Shown: one piece after another, positions 43,531-54,533 of the stretch
Numbering within the stretch: the first letter of the stretch is position 1
Layout of the letters: each line of letters starts with the position of its first letter
Origin: an uncultured delta proteobacterium
GTDB taxonomy: Bacteria; Desulfobacterota; Binatia; Binatales; Binataceae
Length of the DNA: 64,000 nucleotides
Direction: 5' to 3'
NCBI GenBank assembly: GCA_963747845.1
Contig: CAVVGR010000005.1
Coordinates: 3,508-67,507, forward strand
Made by a program: the position numbers and the translations under genes
Notes under the pieces: model-generated
Database searches by the model: none
What the model was told of the DNA's origin: nothing
The model's input: the letters and a program-made list of their open reading frames with translations, nothing else

Positions 43531-45090
43531 TTACGGGAAGAACAAAGGGCCGGCGTTGCCTTTGAACACCAGGCTGTCGAGATGACCGGCGGGTGAATTC
43601 GCGCGCGCGTAGAGACGGGCGGTGTCGTCGCCGTAGATGAGGTGCCAGTCGGGCTGCGAGTCCATCAGCTTCGCCGCCGCCGAATCTTTCTCGATGAGTA
43701 CGAAATCATGCGGATACGCCGCGAGCGTATGCGACGCGCCGGCGAGGTTGTTGGCGAACGCAAGCCAATCCCAGACCACTGTCGGCGGATAGGCCAGGTC
43801 ATAGCGGCTGTCGATGAAAACTTTCGTGCCCGGCGCGCCATGCCAGATGACGTACTCACCCCACGCGTAGTCGGCGAGCACGTTTCCCGTCATCCCGTGC
43901 GAGTTCATGAAGCTGACGGCGGCGGTAGGATTGCCGGAGTCGTCGATGCCGGGCTTGAGAATTCCGCTGAATCGCGCAAACCCAATCGCCACGACTGCGA
44001 TGAGGATTTCCATTACCAGTCTGCCCCCGCGCGGCGCCGCCCGAGCGCTCGGAGCGGGCGCGCTTGGGGCCTCTCGCGGGCGCGTTAGCAATCCCAGGTG
44101 ATTCGCAATCACGGGGGCGACGGCAATAGCGGCAAGCGGGACGTTGCGCACCGCGGTGAAGGCCGTCGCGAGCATCACGGCGGCAACGGCGACCATCGGC
44201 GCGTCCGCACCTTTGGGCGTGAGAATCACCGACACGACTGCCGCAGCAAAAAAGAAGACCGTCACGACGAAATACTTCTGCTCGACGCTTCCACCCGGCG
44301 CAGTCATGAGCGCGGCGAGCAGCGGCTGCCAATCCGCCATCGCGTAATGCGTCATCGGGTTCAGGATCTCGTGGATGAGCGTGTACCAGGTGTCGCGCGC
44401 AGGCGGGATCAGAAACGTGCACAAGGTCGATGCGGCAGCGGCGGCGGTAATTGCAATGATGCCGAGGCCGCGGCGCGGACCGCGTCCCGCAGCGATGTCC
44501 GACACGGTGGTCGCTGCTCCATATACGCCGATTGCAACGATGCCGACGAAAAAACCGCCGTGAAAATTGCTCCAGATCGCGACCAGCGGAATCGCAAGCC
44601 ACAGCGGCGCCGAGCCGCGCCAGTTGTGACGCGCAAGCATCGCGATGATCGCGGACAGTGCGACGAAGTCGAATAACTGCGGGCGAAATTGCATCACCGG
44701 CGCCAGGATCAGCGCAATCATCAGCAGGATTGCCGCCTGCAACGTCGCCGGCGCGCCGGTTTCCGATTCGGCAGTTGCGACGAAACAGATCGTGAGGGCG
44801 GTGCAGAGGAACTTGATCAGCTTCAGGCCGAAGGGCCCGAACCTGTCGTACATCGAGGCCATCGCGACTTCGCTCAACCATTCATGCCGCAGCCACAGGT
44901 AGCCCGGCGCCGAATACGAATAAGGATTGCCGCGCGGCAGCGAGCCGTTGGCGAGAAGTTCGCGGCCCCACATAACGTGTCCCCAGAGATCAGGATCGCT
45001 ATGCTGGCGCGCGTCCGCGATTACGATTGCGAAGAGGACCAGCGCCGGCGAGTAGCGCAAAAGCGAGACGCGAGCAGGTGCGGCGGGCAC
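43531..45090 (-). CDS. Polytopic membrane protein, probable GT-C glycosyltransferase
   Basis: DPDLWGHV acidic first-loop motif, HEWL, RPQLF, WSNFHGGF, periplasmic C-terminal domain with FIDSRY. Confidence 0.7.
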   Translation of the reverse strand: MPAAPARVSLLRYSPALVLFAIVIADARQHSDPDLWGHVMWGRELLANGSLPRGNPYSYSAPGYLWLRHEWLSEVAMASMYDRFGPFGLKLIKFLCTALTICFVATAESETGAPATLQAAILLMIALILAPVMQFRPQLFDFVALSAIIAMLARHNWRGSAPLWLAIPLVAIWSNFHGGFFVGIVAIGVYGAATTVSDIAAGRGPRRGLGIIAITAAAAASTLCTFLIPPARDTWYTLIHEILNPMTHYAMADWQPLLAALMTAPGGSVEQKYFVVTVFFFAAAVVSVILTPKGADAPMVAVAAVMLATAFTAVRNVPLAAIAVAPVIANHLGLLTRPREAPSAPAPSARAAPRGGRLVMEILIAVVAIGFARFSGILKPGIDDSGNPTAAVSFMNSHGMTGNVLADYAWGEYVIWHGAPGTKVFIDSRYDLAYPPTVVWDWLAFANNLAGASHTLAAYPHDFVLIEKDSAAAKLMDSQPDWHLIYGDDTARLYARANSPAGHLDSLVFKGNAGPLFFP

Positions 45091-45102
45091 GCGGCGGTCT
45101 CG

Positions 45103-45959
45103 TTATGCGCGCGCGCCGAAGCAGATCGTCTCGTTGCTGAGTTTCACCGCGCCGTCCGGACCTGCGTACGCGCCCGCCGACGTCTACGACGGCGTCGCGC
45201 ACCTGGCGCGAAACGTCGGCAGGCATCCTCGCGAGCATCGCGCGAGTGCCGCCGACCTGGCTGCGGAAATCCGCAAATCCCTCGGCCGAGGGAAATTCAA
45301 ATGTGACTATCAGCCGTTCGATTGTTACGTCGCGAAATCCCGCTGCGGCCAGCGCGCGCTCGAGGATCGACGTGTCGGCAAGTTTGGTAGGGTCGGGCGC
45401 ATTTGGCGGCGGCGCGATTCCCGTAATCTGTCGTATCGCGTCGCGCGCAAGGCCGCACATCGGAACCTTATCCGCTGCCGCCCAAACCGCAGTCGCGAAG
45501 CGTCCTCCGGGCTTGAGCGCGCGATGCATCAGGCGCAGCACGCCGTCGAGGTCGGGCATGAACATCAGCCCCCAGCGGCAAAGCGCGGCGTCAAATGAAC
45601 GCGGGTCGAGGCTTAGCGACTCGGCGTCGGACTCGACCAGCTCGACATTGCGTAGGCCCGCCGCGTCGACTCGCTCGCGCGCAATCGCGAGCATCCCCGG
45701 CGACATGTCCACGGCGACGATTCGTCCCGACTGCCCGACTGCGCGCGCCGCGGTCAGTGCGGGCTCGCCGCTGCCGGTCGCGATGTCGAGCACGCGAGCG
45801 CCGCCGCGCACAGCCTGCGAGCTCGACCAGCCGATCATTGACGATCTGCGCGGCGCGCTCGAACGCCGGCCACCATCGTTTCCATCCCTCGGCGCTGTCG
45901 TCCCATGCGGCCTTCTGCTGGCTTTTGATTTTCAAATCGTCGGGATTTTGATCGCTCAT
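45103..45959 (-). CDS. Class I SAM-dependent methyltransferase; frameshifts near 45830 and 45180
   Basis: VLDIATGSGEP, VDMSPGML, FDAALCRWGLMF, LKPGGRF. Confidence 0.88.
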
Positions 45960-46030
45960 CGCAGTTTGCACCTCAAGCAATGTTACGCCGTGCCGCCGCA
46001 CGACGATAACTGTTTGTGATCAACAGATAG

Positions 46031-47290
46031 TCAAGCCGCTACCGCACTTGCACGCCGGACGACAGCTAGCATCAGCAGCGCCAGCACCACGGGCGTCAGC
46101 GGCAGCGACGCGAACATGCTGAGCATTCGCGCGGCGATGGGAAACAGCCATGCCAGCAGCAAGGTTAATTTTTCCCACGGCAGAAAGGCCGAGTGCATCG
46201 CATCCCACGACAGCCACGCGATCGGCAATGCCAGCAACACCAGGTCGTAGTCAGCGAAATACGGTATTACCAGCAGAGTCCCGGTGGCCAACGCAGCGGC
46301 CTGGACCGGAAGTGCGGCGGGCCTGAGCCAGATCCACACAACTGCGATTGCGGCGAGCAGACCGACCGCCGCTTGCATCGCGTAAGCCACCGCGACAGAT
46401 GCGCCCCACAGTCGCGCCGCGCCGAAAGTGCTTTGAATCTTGCCGAAGCCGACGTCGCCCTGCTCCAGCACGTTGTGGGTCGCGATCGGAACGCTGTCGA
46501 GGAAGGCGCGCCAGGTTTGCACTCCGAACAGTGCGGCCGAGAGTCCCACGAACGCGACGACTATGAGCGCTGCGCCGGCAGCCGCTCGCCATTGGCGCGA
46601 TACCAGAAAGGCGAGAGGCAACAGGATGCCGAATTGCGGCTTGTAACAGAGGAGCCCCAGCAGCGCGCCTGCAAGCAAGGGGCGTCGCTCCAGCAGAAGA
46701 AGTCCGCCACCGAACAGCGCTACCGTGAAGAAGCCGTTCTGTCCGTCGAGAATCGTCAGCAGGGCGGCGGGAAATGCGAGCGCTATCCAGACTGTGTCCG
46801 CGGCAAGGTGCAATCTTCCACATCACGAACAAGTAGGCAGCCAGCCCAGCCAGCGTCCATGCTATCAGCGCGCCTTCGTAAGGAAGCAGCGAAAGCGGGA
46901 GGACCATCGCGAGGAACGTGGGCGGGTAGTCGAACATCTCGTAGCCGGGATCCTTGTCGCCCACCGCCGCCTTCTCGGCCGCCTCTATCGTCGCGTGATC
47001 GTAAACCGACGCGGGATGTCCGTGGAGCGCCAGCCTCGAAGCGGCCCAGCACTTCGGAAAGTCCGCGCCCACCGGATGCAACGTCGCGCGGATTCCGCCC
47101 GGTCTCAGCACGAGCCAGCCGACGAACACGACGAGGTAGCAGGCGCAGAGCAACCTCGAGTATCCGCGGACGCGCTCGGCGTTGATCCAGCGGGGCTTCT
47201 CTGAACAGGTCGAGGAAGGCGTGGCGCCTTGATCTCCTCCTTCATCGTCACGACCTCCGCACCGCCGCCCCGAGGGGATTCGTCGCTCAT
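46031..47290 (-). CDS. GT87/DUF2029 family membrane glycosyltransferase; frameshifts near 47200 and 46800
   Basis: GADF, FDYPPTF, GQN, YKPQFG, PYFADYDL. Confidence 0.82.
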
Positions 47291-47297
47291 CGCGCTT

Positions 47298-48770
47298 TCA
47301 CCTTCGCAACACTGTTACGCCACGCAGTCGCGCAACTTCGTTGGGATACTCCTTTCTATATGATTTGGCGGCGCCGGGCGCGGGGTTCTGATCGCCGAGG
47401 ATCAACACGGCCGCCGATGATGCTGACGGGTCGTAGCGAACGGCGCGATCCTGCTGATCGGCCGGCAGATAGTATCGGAGCACCTCGATCGCGTACGCCG
47501 GGACGGCGGTCATGACTTCACCCGGCTTGAGCGCAGAAACAGCGGCGGCAATCGCTTCGCGATATTGCGCGTCGTGCGGCTTGCGGTCGTACGCAACTAT
47601 ATGGCCAACCGAGAACGCCACTGCGAGCGCAAGTGCTGTCACGCGCACGAGATCGCCGGGCAACTCGAATATGCCCAACGCGACGAGGATGAAGAACGGA
47701 ACGAAGCTCGACAGCGCGTAACGCTCGACGAACACCGGCGCAATTGCGTACGACGCGACGAGCATCATGAGCGGTGGCGCCCACATCCAGAGAAGTGCGA
47801 AGGCGACCGCGTCGCGCGCACCTCGTCGCCATCCGCTGACCGCGCCCCACAGCGCAAGTACCGCGAGGACCGGGAATGCAAAGCTGCCGGTTGCCTTGTT
47901 GAATAGCGCGAACGGCGCGAACAGCGATGGCAGCTTGCGCCATCCGCCGACGTGACCGGATGAAGCTGCGTGCAGCGACGAAAAAAGTTTCGGCACCAGG
48001 ATCAAACCTGCCGCCGCGAGCGCAATCGCGATCGTCCACGCCCGACGCGCGTTTGCATCGCTCGGGCGCCATCCAGCGCGCGCGATCACATTCAACAGCC
48101 AGATGCCTTCGGTCGCGGGTATCAACACAGCGGCGAAGTTCGACGCTATCGCGATTGCGGTCAGAACGATGACCGCGGCGTAGTTCGCGAGGCCGCCAGT
48201 GCGAAGCACCCGCAGGAACATCGCGACCTGCGCAACAATCGCCGCGAGCATCACCGGATACATTCGCGCCTCGCGCGAATACTTGATCGTCACCAGGTTC
48301 ACGGCAAAGACGAGTGCCGCGAGACCGGCAATTGTCGCGGCGTCATCGCCGGTCAGTGCAAATTTCTTTTCCGAATCGGCTGCGAACATTTCGCATACGA
48401 CAAGGTAGACCAGCACTATCGCCACGACGCCGAAGACAGCGGACAACGCGCGCATCGCGGGCAGACTCGAGCCGAACAGCGCGATCCATTCATGCAACAT
48501 CAGGTCATGCACCGGCAGCTCGCCGGGATTCAGCGCCGGTTGGCGTGCGATCACTTCAGCCGCGCTCGGCGCGGACGCGGCCGCCCACGACGCGGCCTCG
48601 TCGGGCGACAACTCGAGCGCGCCGAGATTGGCGAAGCGGATCGCGCCGCCGGCGGCGACGGCGACGAACAGCAGGATGAGACTCAGCGCGCGGGCCGGAA
48701 CGATCGAGCGTGAGGTCGGTTGATCGCTCGGGCGATCGTGCTCTCCGGCTCTGGAAGCGGCTGTGGTCAG
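47298..48770 (-). CDS. GT39/ArnT/PMT-like membrane glycosyltransferase (start uncertain; CTG overlapping the hup stop)
   Basis: SPDEAASW, YSREARMY, ERY motifs; frame open from 48770 through a TM signal anchor. Confidence 0.78.
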   Translation of the reverse strand: MTTAASRAGEHDRPSDQPTSRSIVPARALSLILLFVAVAAGGAIRFANLGALELSPDEAASWAAASAPSAAEVIARQPALNPGELPVHDLMLHEWIALFGSSLPAMRALSAVFGVVAIVLVYLVVCEMFAADSEKKFALTGDDAATIAGLAALVFAVNLVTIKYSREARMYPVMLAAIVAQVAMFLRVLRTGGLANYAAVIVLTAIAIASNFAAVLIPATEGIWLLNVIARAGWRPSDANARRAWTIAIALAAAGLILVPKLFSSLHAASSGHVGGWRKLPSLFAPFALFNKATGSFAFPVLAVLALWGAVSGWRRGARDAVAFALLWMWAPPLMMLVASYAIAPVFVERYALSSFVPFFILVALGIFELPGDLVRVTALALAVAFSVGHIVAYDRKPHDAQYREAIAAAVSALKPGEVMTAVPAYAIEVLRYYLPADQQDRAVRYDPSASSAAVLILGDQNPAPGAAKSYRKEYPNEVARLRGVTVLRR

Positions 48771-49036
48771 AGACCCTTCCTTAGCTGCGGTGCGGGACGA
48801 AAGCCGACCGTGCGCGCGGCCGGAATGGTCATGGGCGCGTTGGTGCGCGGATTGAAGCCCGCGCGAGCGCGGCGGCGGCGCACGGAAAAAGTGCCGAAGC
48901 CCGGCACCCAGAAGCGCTTGTCCTTGCGAATTGAGCGCGCGATTTGTTCGAAAGCGAGGTCGAAAGTGCTGGCGACCACCTTTTTGGGCTGATTGGTGGA
49001 CCGTGCGATCGTATCAATCAATTCCGCTTTGGTCAT
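48767..49036 (-). CDS. hup: HU family DNA-binding protein
   Basis: MTKAELI, GFGTF, RAGFNPRT, TVGFRPA. Confidence 0.93.
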   Translation of the reverse strand: MTKAELIDTIARSTNQPKKVVASTFDLAFEQIARSIRKDKRFWVPGFGTFSVRRRRARAGFNPRTNAPMTIPAARTVGFRPAPQLRKGL

Positions 49037-49059
49037 CGACGAGGACCTCCAGCGATTTT

Positions 49060-50410
49060 CTATAGCCCAAGCGCGCGCGCAGCCATAGAAGCGGAAGGTT
49101 CGATTTGATTGCGTTCGATCCATGCGTCGATCGCGATGAGCGCTCGCGTTCCCATCTCGAGTTTCTTCTGACGGCCGCGCGCACGGATTTTCAAATCAGG
49201 CATCAGGCCGTAGTTCGCGTTCATCGGCTGAAAGTCGCGCCGCGCGGCGTCGGTGATGTACGCGACCAGCGATCCGATTGCGGTCTCGGGCGGAGGAAAG
49301 ACGAGCTCGCGATTCATGACGAGGTTCGCCGCATTGATTCCCGCGAGCAAGCCCGCGGCAGCCGACTCGACGTAGCCTTCGACCCCGACCATCTGCCCGG
49401 CGAGGAACAGATCGTCGCGCGTCTTGAGCTGAAGCGTGGGACAGCAGCAGGCGCGGCGAGTCGATAAACGTATTGCGATGAATCGAGCCGAGGCGCACGA
49501 ACTCCGCCTTTTCCATCGCGGGGATCATCCGCAGCACGCGGCGCTGCTCCGGGTAGGTCATCTTGGTCTGGAAGCCGACCATGTTGTACATGCGGCCCTC
49601 GGCATCGTCCTGTCTCAGCTGCACCACCGCAAACGGCCGACGTCCGCTATGTGGCTCTGAGAGCCCGACAGGACGCATCGGGCCGAACGCTAGCGTCATC
49701 GGGCCGCGCCGCGCCATCTCCTCGATCGGCATGCAGCCTTCGAAATAAACCGGCTTCTCGAACGGATGCAGCTCGATTTTTTCCGCCGCCACGACCGCCG
49801 CGACGAATGCCTCGTACTGGGTTTCGGTCATCGGGCAGTTGATGTAGTCGTCGCCGCCCTTGCCGTAGCGCGACGCCTTGAAGGCGACGCTCATGTCGAT
49901 TGAATCGGCAGCGACGATTGGCGCAATCGCGTCGTAGAAGTACAAGTTGCGCGGACCGATCAGGTTATTCAGAGCTTCGCCGAGTGCCGGGCTCGTCAGC
50001 GGACCGGTGGCGAGAATTGCGACACCGGCAGGAATCTCCGCTGCCTCCGCGCGCGCTATCTCGACCATCGGATGGCTCTCGAGGGTCGCGGTGATCGCTC
50101 GGGAGAAATCGGTGCGATCGACGGCTAGTGCGGAACCGGCAGGCACGCGCGCGCGATCCGCGGACGCTATTACGAGCGAGCCGAGCCGGCGCATTTCTTC
50201 TTTCAGCACGCCAACCGCGGTGTCCATCGAGTCGTTGCGCAGCGAATTCGAGCAGACGAGCTCGGCGAAATCCGCAGTCTGATGAGCCTCGGTCATTTTG
50301 ATCGGGCGCATCTCGATGAGGCGCACCGCAATGCCGCGGCGGGCGAGCTGGTAGGCAGCCTCGCTGCCTGCGAGTCCCGCTCCGACGACGGTTACTTTGG
50401 GTTCGGTCAT
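49060..50410 (-). CDS. trmFO: Methylenetetrahydrofolate-tRNA-(uracil-5-)-methyltransferase; frameshift near 49440
   Basis: [51 protein letters not shown]. Confidence 0.95.
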
Positions 50411-50478
50411 TGGAAGAGATCCCTTGCAGAGAGAGGAGACAGACGGGATCGTGGCTTTTTTCGGTGGTCGTGTAAACC

Positions 50479-50506
50479 TGTCGATCTGGCGCGTCGCCGT
50501 TCGACT
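50479..50506 (+). promoter_or_regulatory. Putative ECF42-type promoter
   Basis: TGTCGA-N17-CGACT upstream of the DGPF/ECF operon. Confidence 0.6.
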
Positions 50507-50542
50507 AATAGATGAAAACCCAAACCGCAAAGGAGAGATGCA

Positions 50543-50896
50543 ATGGAATACCTACTTTTGATTTACGGCAGCGAGACGGAAGCGAAGAAGCTAACAGGCG
50601 CCGAGTATGGCCAGATCTACCAGGAATACATGGCCTTCACCCAGGACATAACGAAGAGCGGCAAGAACAAGGGCGGCAATCCGCTCGAGCCGAGTGCGAC
50701 GGCGACCACGGTTCGCGTGCGCAACGGCAAGACTGTGGTCACGGACGGGCCGTTCGCGGAGACCAAGGAGCAGCTCGGCGGGTACTACCTGGTCGAGGCG
50801 AAGGATCTCGACGAGGCGATTTCGATTGCCGCGCGGATTCCGGGGGCGAAGATTGGATCGATCGAAGTGCGCCCTGTCAGGAAAATGAATATGTAG
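50543..50896 (+). CDS. YciI/DGPF family protein
   Basis: [21 protein letters not shown]. Confidence 0.93.
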   Translation: MEYLLLIYGSETEAKKLTGAEYGQIYQEYMAFTQDITKSGKNKGGNPLEPSATATTVRVRNGKTVVTDGPFAETKEQLGGYYLVEAKDLDEAISIAARIPGAKIGSIEVRPVRKMNM

Positions 50897-50977
50897 GTGA
50901 GCCTCAACGCGCCGACAGATTTTGTGACTGGCGGCATGAGTGGCGCGCGGCTAGCCTGCCATCGGACGGATTTGCCG

Positions 50978-52237
50978 ATGGACAACACAGCAGCCGGCAT
51001 CGAGCGCTTCTATCGCGAGGAGTTCGGGCGAATACTCGCCACGCTCATTCGCGTGCTGGGCGACTTCGACCTGGCGGAGGACGCGGCGCAGGATGCATTT
51101 GCCAGCGCCGTCGAACAGTGGCCTCGCGATGGACTGCCGGAAAATCCGCGCGCATGGATCATCGGCGTCGCGCGTCACAAGGCGATCGATCGATTGCGAA
51201 AGCAGGGCCGCTTCAACGATCGCCGCGAAGAGCTGATCCGAATGGCCGAGAGTAACGGCGACGGCGGAGAGAACGACGAGCAGGGCGCACTGGCTGACGA
51301 GCGCCTGCGGCTGATTTTCACCTGTTGCCATCCTGCGCTGGCCGACGACGCTCGCGTTGCGCTCTCGTTGCGCACGCTGTGTGGACTGACCACCGAAGAA
51401 ATTGCGCGCGCGTTTCTGACCGCACCGGCGACGATGGCGCAACGGCTGGTTCGCGCCAAGCGCAAGATTCGCGCGGCGCGGATTCCCTACGCTGTGCCGT
51501 CTGCGGAATTGCTGGCAGAGCGGCTCGGCGCAGTGATGGCGGTAATCTACCTCGTCTTCAATGAAGGCTACGCAGCGAGCTCGGGCGAGCACCTGTTACG
51601 AACCGATCTCTGCGCGGAGGCGATTCGGCTGGCGCGGATGCTGGTCGCGCTGATGCCGGCCGAGGCCGAGCCGCGCGGGTTGCTGGCGCTGATGCTCCTG
51701 CATGACGCGCGACGCGATGCGCGAATCGACGAGCGCGGCGAGCTCGTGCTGCTCGAGGAGCAGGATCGTTCGCGATGGCATCGCGGGCAGATCGCTGAGG
51801 GGCTGACTCATTCGAAAGCTGCGATTAGCGCCGACCAGCATGGGCCGTATGCGATTCAGTCAGCGATAGCGGCGGTGCATTCACGGGCCGAACGGGTGGA
51901 TGCGACCGACTGGCGTGCGATCGCGGATCTCTATGGACGCTTGCTCGCGATTAATCCGTCGCCAGTGATCGAGCTGAATCGCGCGGTTGCAGTGGCGATG
52001 GCTGAGGGTCCAGCGGTCGGACTCGAGTTGATCGATGCTATCGCGGGCAGCGGCGATCTGCGCGATTACTACCTGATGTGGTCGGCGCGGGCGGACTTGC
52101 TGCGGCGGCTGCGGACGATGGAGCTGAGGCGGCGGAGTCGTATCGGCGCGGCGCTAACGCGGGTGGGTAGCGCGCCCGAGCGGCGATTTCTTCGGCGGCG
52201 GCTCGAGGAGATGTCGGCGAAGATGAAAGCGTCGTGA
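50978..52237 (+). CDS. ECF sigma factor with C-terminal TPR extension (ECF42 type)
   Basis: [59 protein letters not shown]; follows a DGPF gene. Confidence 0.9.
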   Translation: MDNTAAGIERFYREEFGRILATLIRVLGDFDLAEDAAQDAFASAVEQWPRDGLPENPRAWIIGVARHKAIDRLRKQGRFNDRREELIRMAESNGDGGENDEQGALADERLRLIFTCCHPALADDARVALSLRTLCGLTTEEIARAFLTAPATMAQRLVRAKRKIRAARIPYAVPSAELLAERLGAVMAVIYLVFNEGYAASSGEHLLRTDLCAEAIRLARMLVALMPAEAEPRGLLALMLLHDARRDARIDERGELVLLEEQDRSRWHRGQIAEGLTHSKAAISADQHGPYAIQSAIAAVHSRAERVDATDWRAIADLYGRLLAINPSPVIELNRAVAVAMAEGPAVGLELIDAIAGSGDLRDYYLMWSARADLLRRLRTMELRRRSRIGAALTRVGSAPERRFLRRRLEEMSAKMKAS

Positions 52238-52285
52238 CTGCATGCTAGCTTTTCGCGACCGCACATCGGCGAGGGGAGAACTACA

Positions 52286-52786
52286 ATGAAGAGCAGCTAC
52301 CGGATTGTTGGATTAGTAATAGCAGCAGCGTTTGTGGCTTTGAGCTTCGCGGGGCATGCGTTTGCTGCAGATGCCAAGGGCCAGATCACTGACCTCGAGC
52401 ACAAGTGCGCCAACGCCCCGACGATCGATGAGCTGATGGCCTGCTACGACAACAGCGACGACCTCGTGGTGTACGACGTCATGACACCGCGAGAATTTGA
52501 CGGGACCAAGGCGGTCCGTGGTGACTTTCAAGGATTTTTCGACAACTACAAGGACGCCAAGATCGAGTTCGTCTCGTTACACGTTGTCACCGACGGGAAG
52601 TTGGGGGTCGCCAACAGCATCCAGCATTTCACGGCGATCGATAAAAGCGGCAAGCCAGCCGAGATGACTTTCCGCGCCACCGACGTCTGGCGCAAAGAGA
52701 AAGGCGGCTGGAAGATGATCGAGCAGCACATTTCGTTTCCGGTGGACATGGCGAGCGGCAAGGCGGATATGCAGTCGAAGCCGTGA
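52286..52786 (+). CDS. Exported NTF2/SnoaL-like protein
   Basis: Signal peptide (AFA cleavage), RATDVWRKEKGGWKMIEQHIS. Confidence 0.82.
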   Translation: MKSSYRIVGLVIAAAFVALSFAGHAFAADAKGQITDLEHKCANAPTIDELMACYDNSDDLVVYDVMTPREFDGTKAVRGDFQGFFDNYKDAKIEFVSLHVVTDGKLGVANSIQHFTAIDKSGKPAEMTFRATDVWRKEKGGWKMIEQHISFPVDMASGKADMQSKP

Positions 52787-52812
52787 ATCGGTGTGCGCTT
52801 TCAGGTACTGAG

Positions 52813-53497
52813 ATGAGTAACGCGCTCGAGAACCTGGCTCCTGACCTCTGGATCGTGAGCACAGGGTTTTTCAGCGCCGAGTGGAATGTCACCGTTCCCG
52901 TGCGGATGACCGTTATTCGGCTGAAGGGCGGGCGTCTTCTGATTCACTCGCCGGTGCCTATCGGGCCGGAGCTGCGTTCGGCAGTCGAAGAGTTGGGGCA
53001 GCCAGCGGCGTTGATCGCGCCCAACCTCTTCCATCACCTGTTCATTTCGGAATGGAAGTCAGCGTTCCCCGCGGCAAAGATGTTTTGCGTTCCGGGCCTG
53101 GAAACGATCAGGAGCGACATCAAGTTCGACGGCGATGCTCGACAACCTCGCCGCTCCCGAATGGCGGGGAGAAGTTGACCAAATCATAGTCGAGGGCATT
53201 CCGATGTACGGCGAGATGGTCTTCTTCCATCGGTCGAGCCGCACATTGATCGTCAGCGACATCGTCTTTAACTACACGGCTGAGCAGGCAGCATCCGATC
53301 CGGGCGTCGTCGCGGGGTTTGGACCTGATGGCAGAATAAAGGCCGCAATCACTGATCCGAATGCCGCTCGCGCCTCAATAGAAAGTATTCTTCGATGGCC
53401 CTTTGAACGCGTGATCCTGGCGCACGGCGATATCGTCGAGTCCGGCGGGTACGCGCGCTTCCGCGAGGGATTCGCATTCCTCACGTCCGGCGGCTGA
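52813..53497 (+). CDS. DUF4336-like protein; frameshift near 53140
   Basis: RMTVIRL, LIHSPV, APNLFHH, EMVFFHRSSRTLIVSD, VILAHG. Confidence 0.8.
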
Positions 53498-53540
53498 GAC
53501 TTGCAGACGTAAGTTGGTGTTGTTGAGGCGGAGCTGGCGA

Positions 53541-54509
53541 TTATTCGGCGTCGGCCCGAGCAGATGTCGGCGAGGTTGAAGGCTTCGCATTCATCGCCTT
53601 GACCTCGGGCCAGTACGGACTCTTTGCCAGTTGCGCGCGAAATTCGCTTGCGAAAGCATCCTTGCCGCTTACTTTCGGCGGCCACGCCGCGTCGAGAAAC
53701 TTCCACGCATCTGCATCGTGACCGCCGTAGATCAGATCGAGCATCGTCGACCACAGCTTCGGCGAGACACTGGCTTGAGGCCACGCACCGCCCTTGGCGC
53801 TGGGCGCGTAGGCCCTGACCTCGGCCGCGCTGGCGTCGAGGTCCTTCGCCGCGGGCGCCGGCGTGCGCATCAGGTCGGGCGACATGCGATACGTGCCATC
53901 GCTGAAACGCAGCATGACACTCGGCGCCGGCGAGTCGGCGAAATCGGTGTTCCAGTTCGCGAACGTCCAATCGTGAATCTGAATCGCCAGTCCCGGGAGT
54001 TTCGAGTTCTTATCGGGATGCACGAAGTGCGGCCCCGAGTCTCCGAACTCCGCGTCTATCGTGCCGAGTTTCTTGAAGGTCGGACCGATTTCGAAGATGT
54101 GGTATGTCAGGCAGCAGTTTGCGTAGCCACTCCATTCGGAAATGAGCAGATCAGGTTGCCCGTCGCCCGTGATGTCCATCCCCATCTTGACGAAGGCCGC
54201 GTCGGGATCGTCCTCGTCCATCGTGCCAATGAAAAATTTCTCACCCTTGTTCCTGGCCTTCTGCATGTAGACGCGCTTGTCGTCTTTCAGAATTTCGAAA
54301 TACGCGTCGCTGCCGTCCTTCGCCTTTGAATCGAAATAGACGCGCGCGACGTAGGGTTTGGAGGTCTCTTCGAGATGAGGAATCACAACCGGCGGCGCAT
54401 TGTCAGTCGCGCCGCGCGCGACCGCCGCGAAGCCCGCGACTAATACGAACAGCAGAAACGAAACTGAAGCGCGGACGAAGCGATCGGCGGGTCTGGGCGA
54501 GCCTGACAC
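53541..54509 (-). CDS. Exported hypothetical protein
   Basis: Signal peptide, DITGDGQPD motif, SGYANCC vicinal Cys. Confidence 0.7.
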   Translation of the reverse strand: MSGSPRPADRFVRASVSFLLFVLVAGFAAVARGATDNAPPVVIPHLEETSKPYVARVYFDSKAKDGSDAYFEILKDDKRVYMQKARNKGEKFFIGTMDEDDPDAAFVKMGMDITGDGQPDLLISEWSGYANCCLTYHIFEIGPTFKKLGTIDAEFGDSGPHFVHPDKNSKLPGLAIQIHDWTFANWNTDFADSPAPSVMLRFSDGTYRMSPDLMRTPAPAAKDLDASAAEVRAYAPSAKGGAWPQASVSPKLWSTMLDLIYGGHDADAWKFLDAAWPPKVSGKDAFASEFRAQLAKSPYWPEVKAMNAKPSTSPTSARADAE

Positions 54510-54533
54510 GGCGATTTTATCGAACCACCTGTA

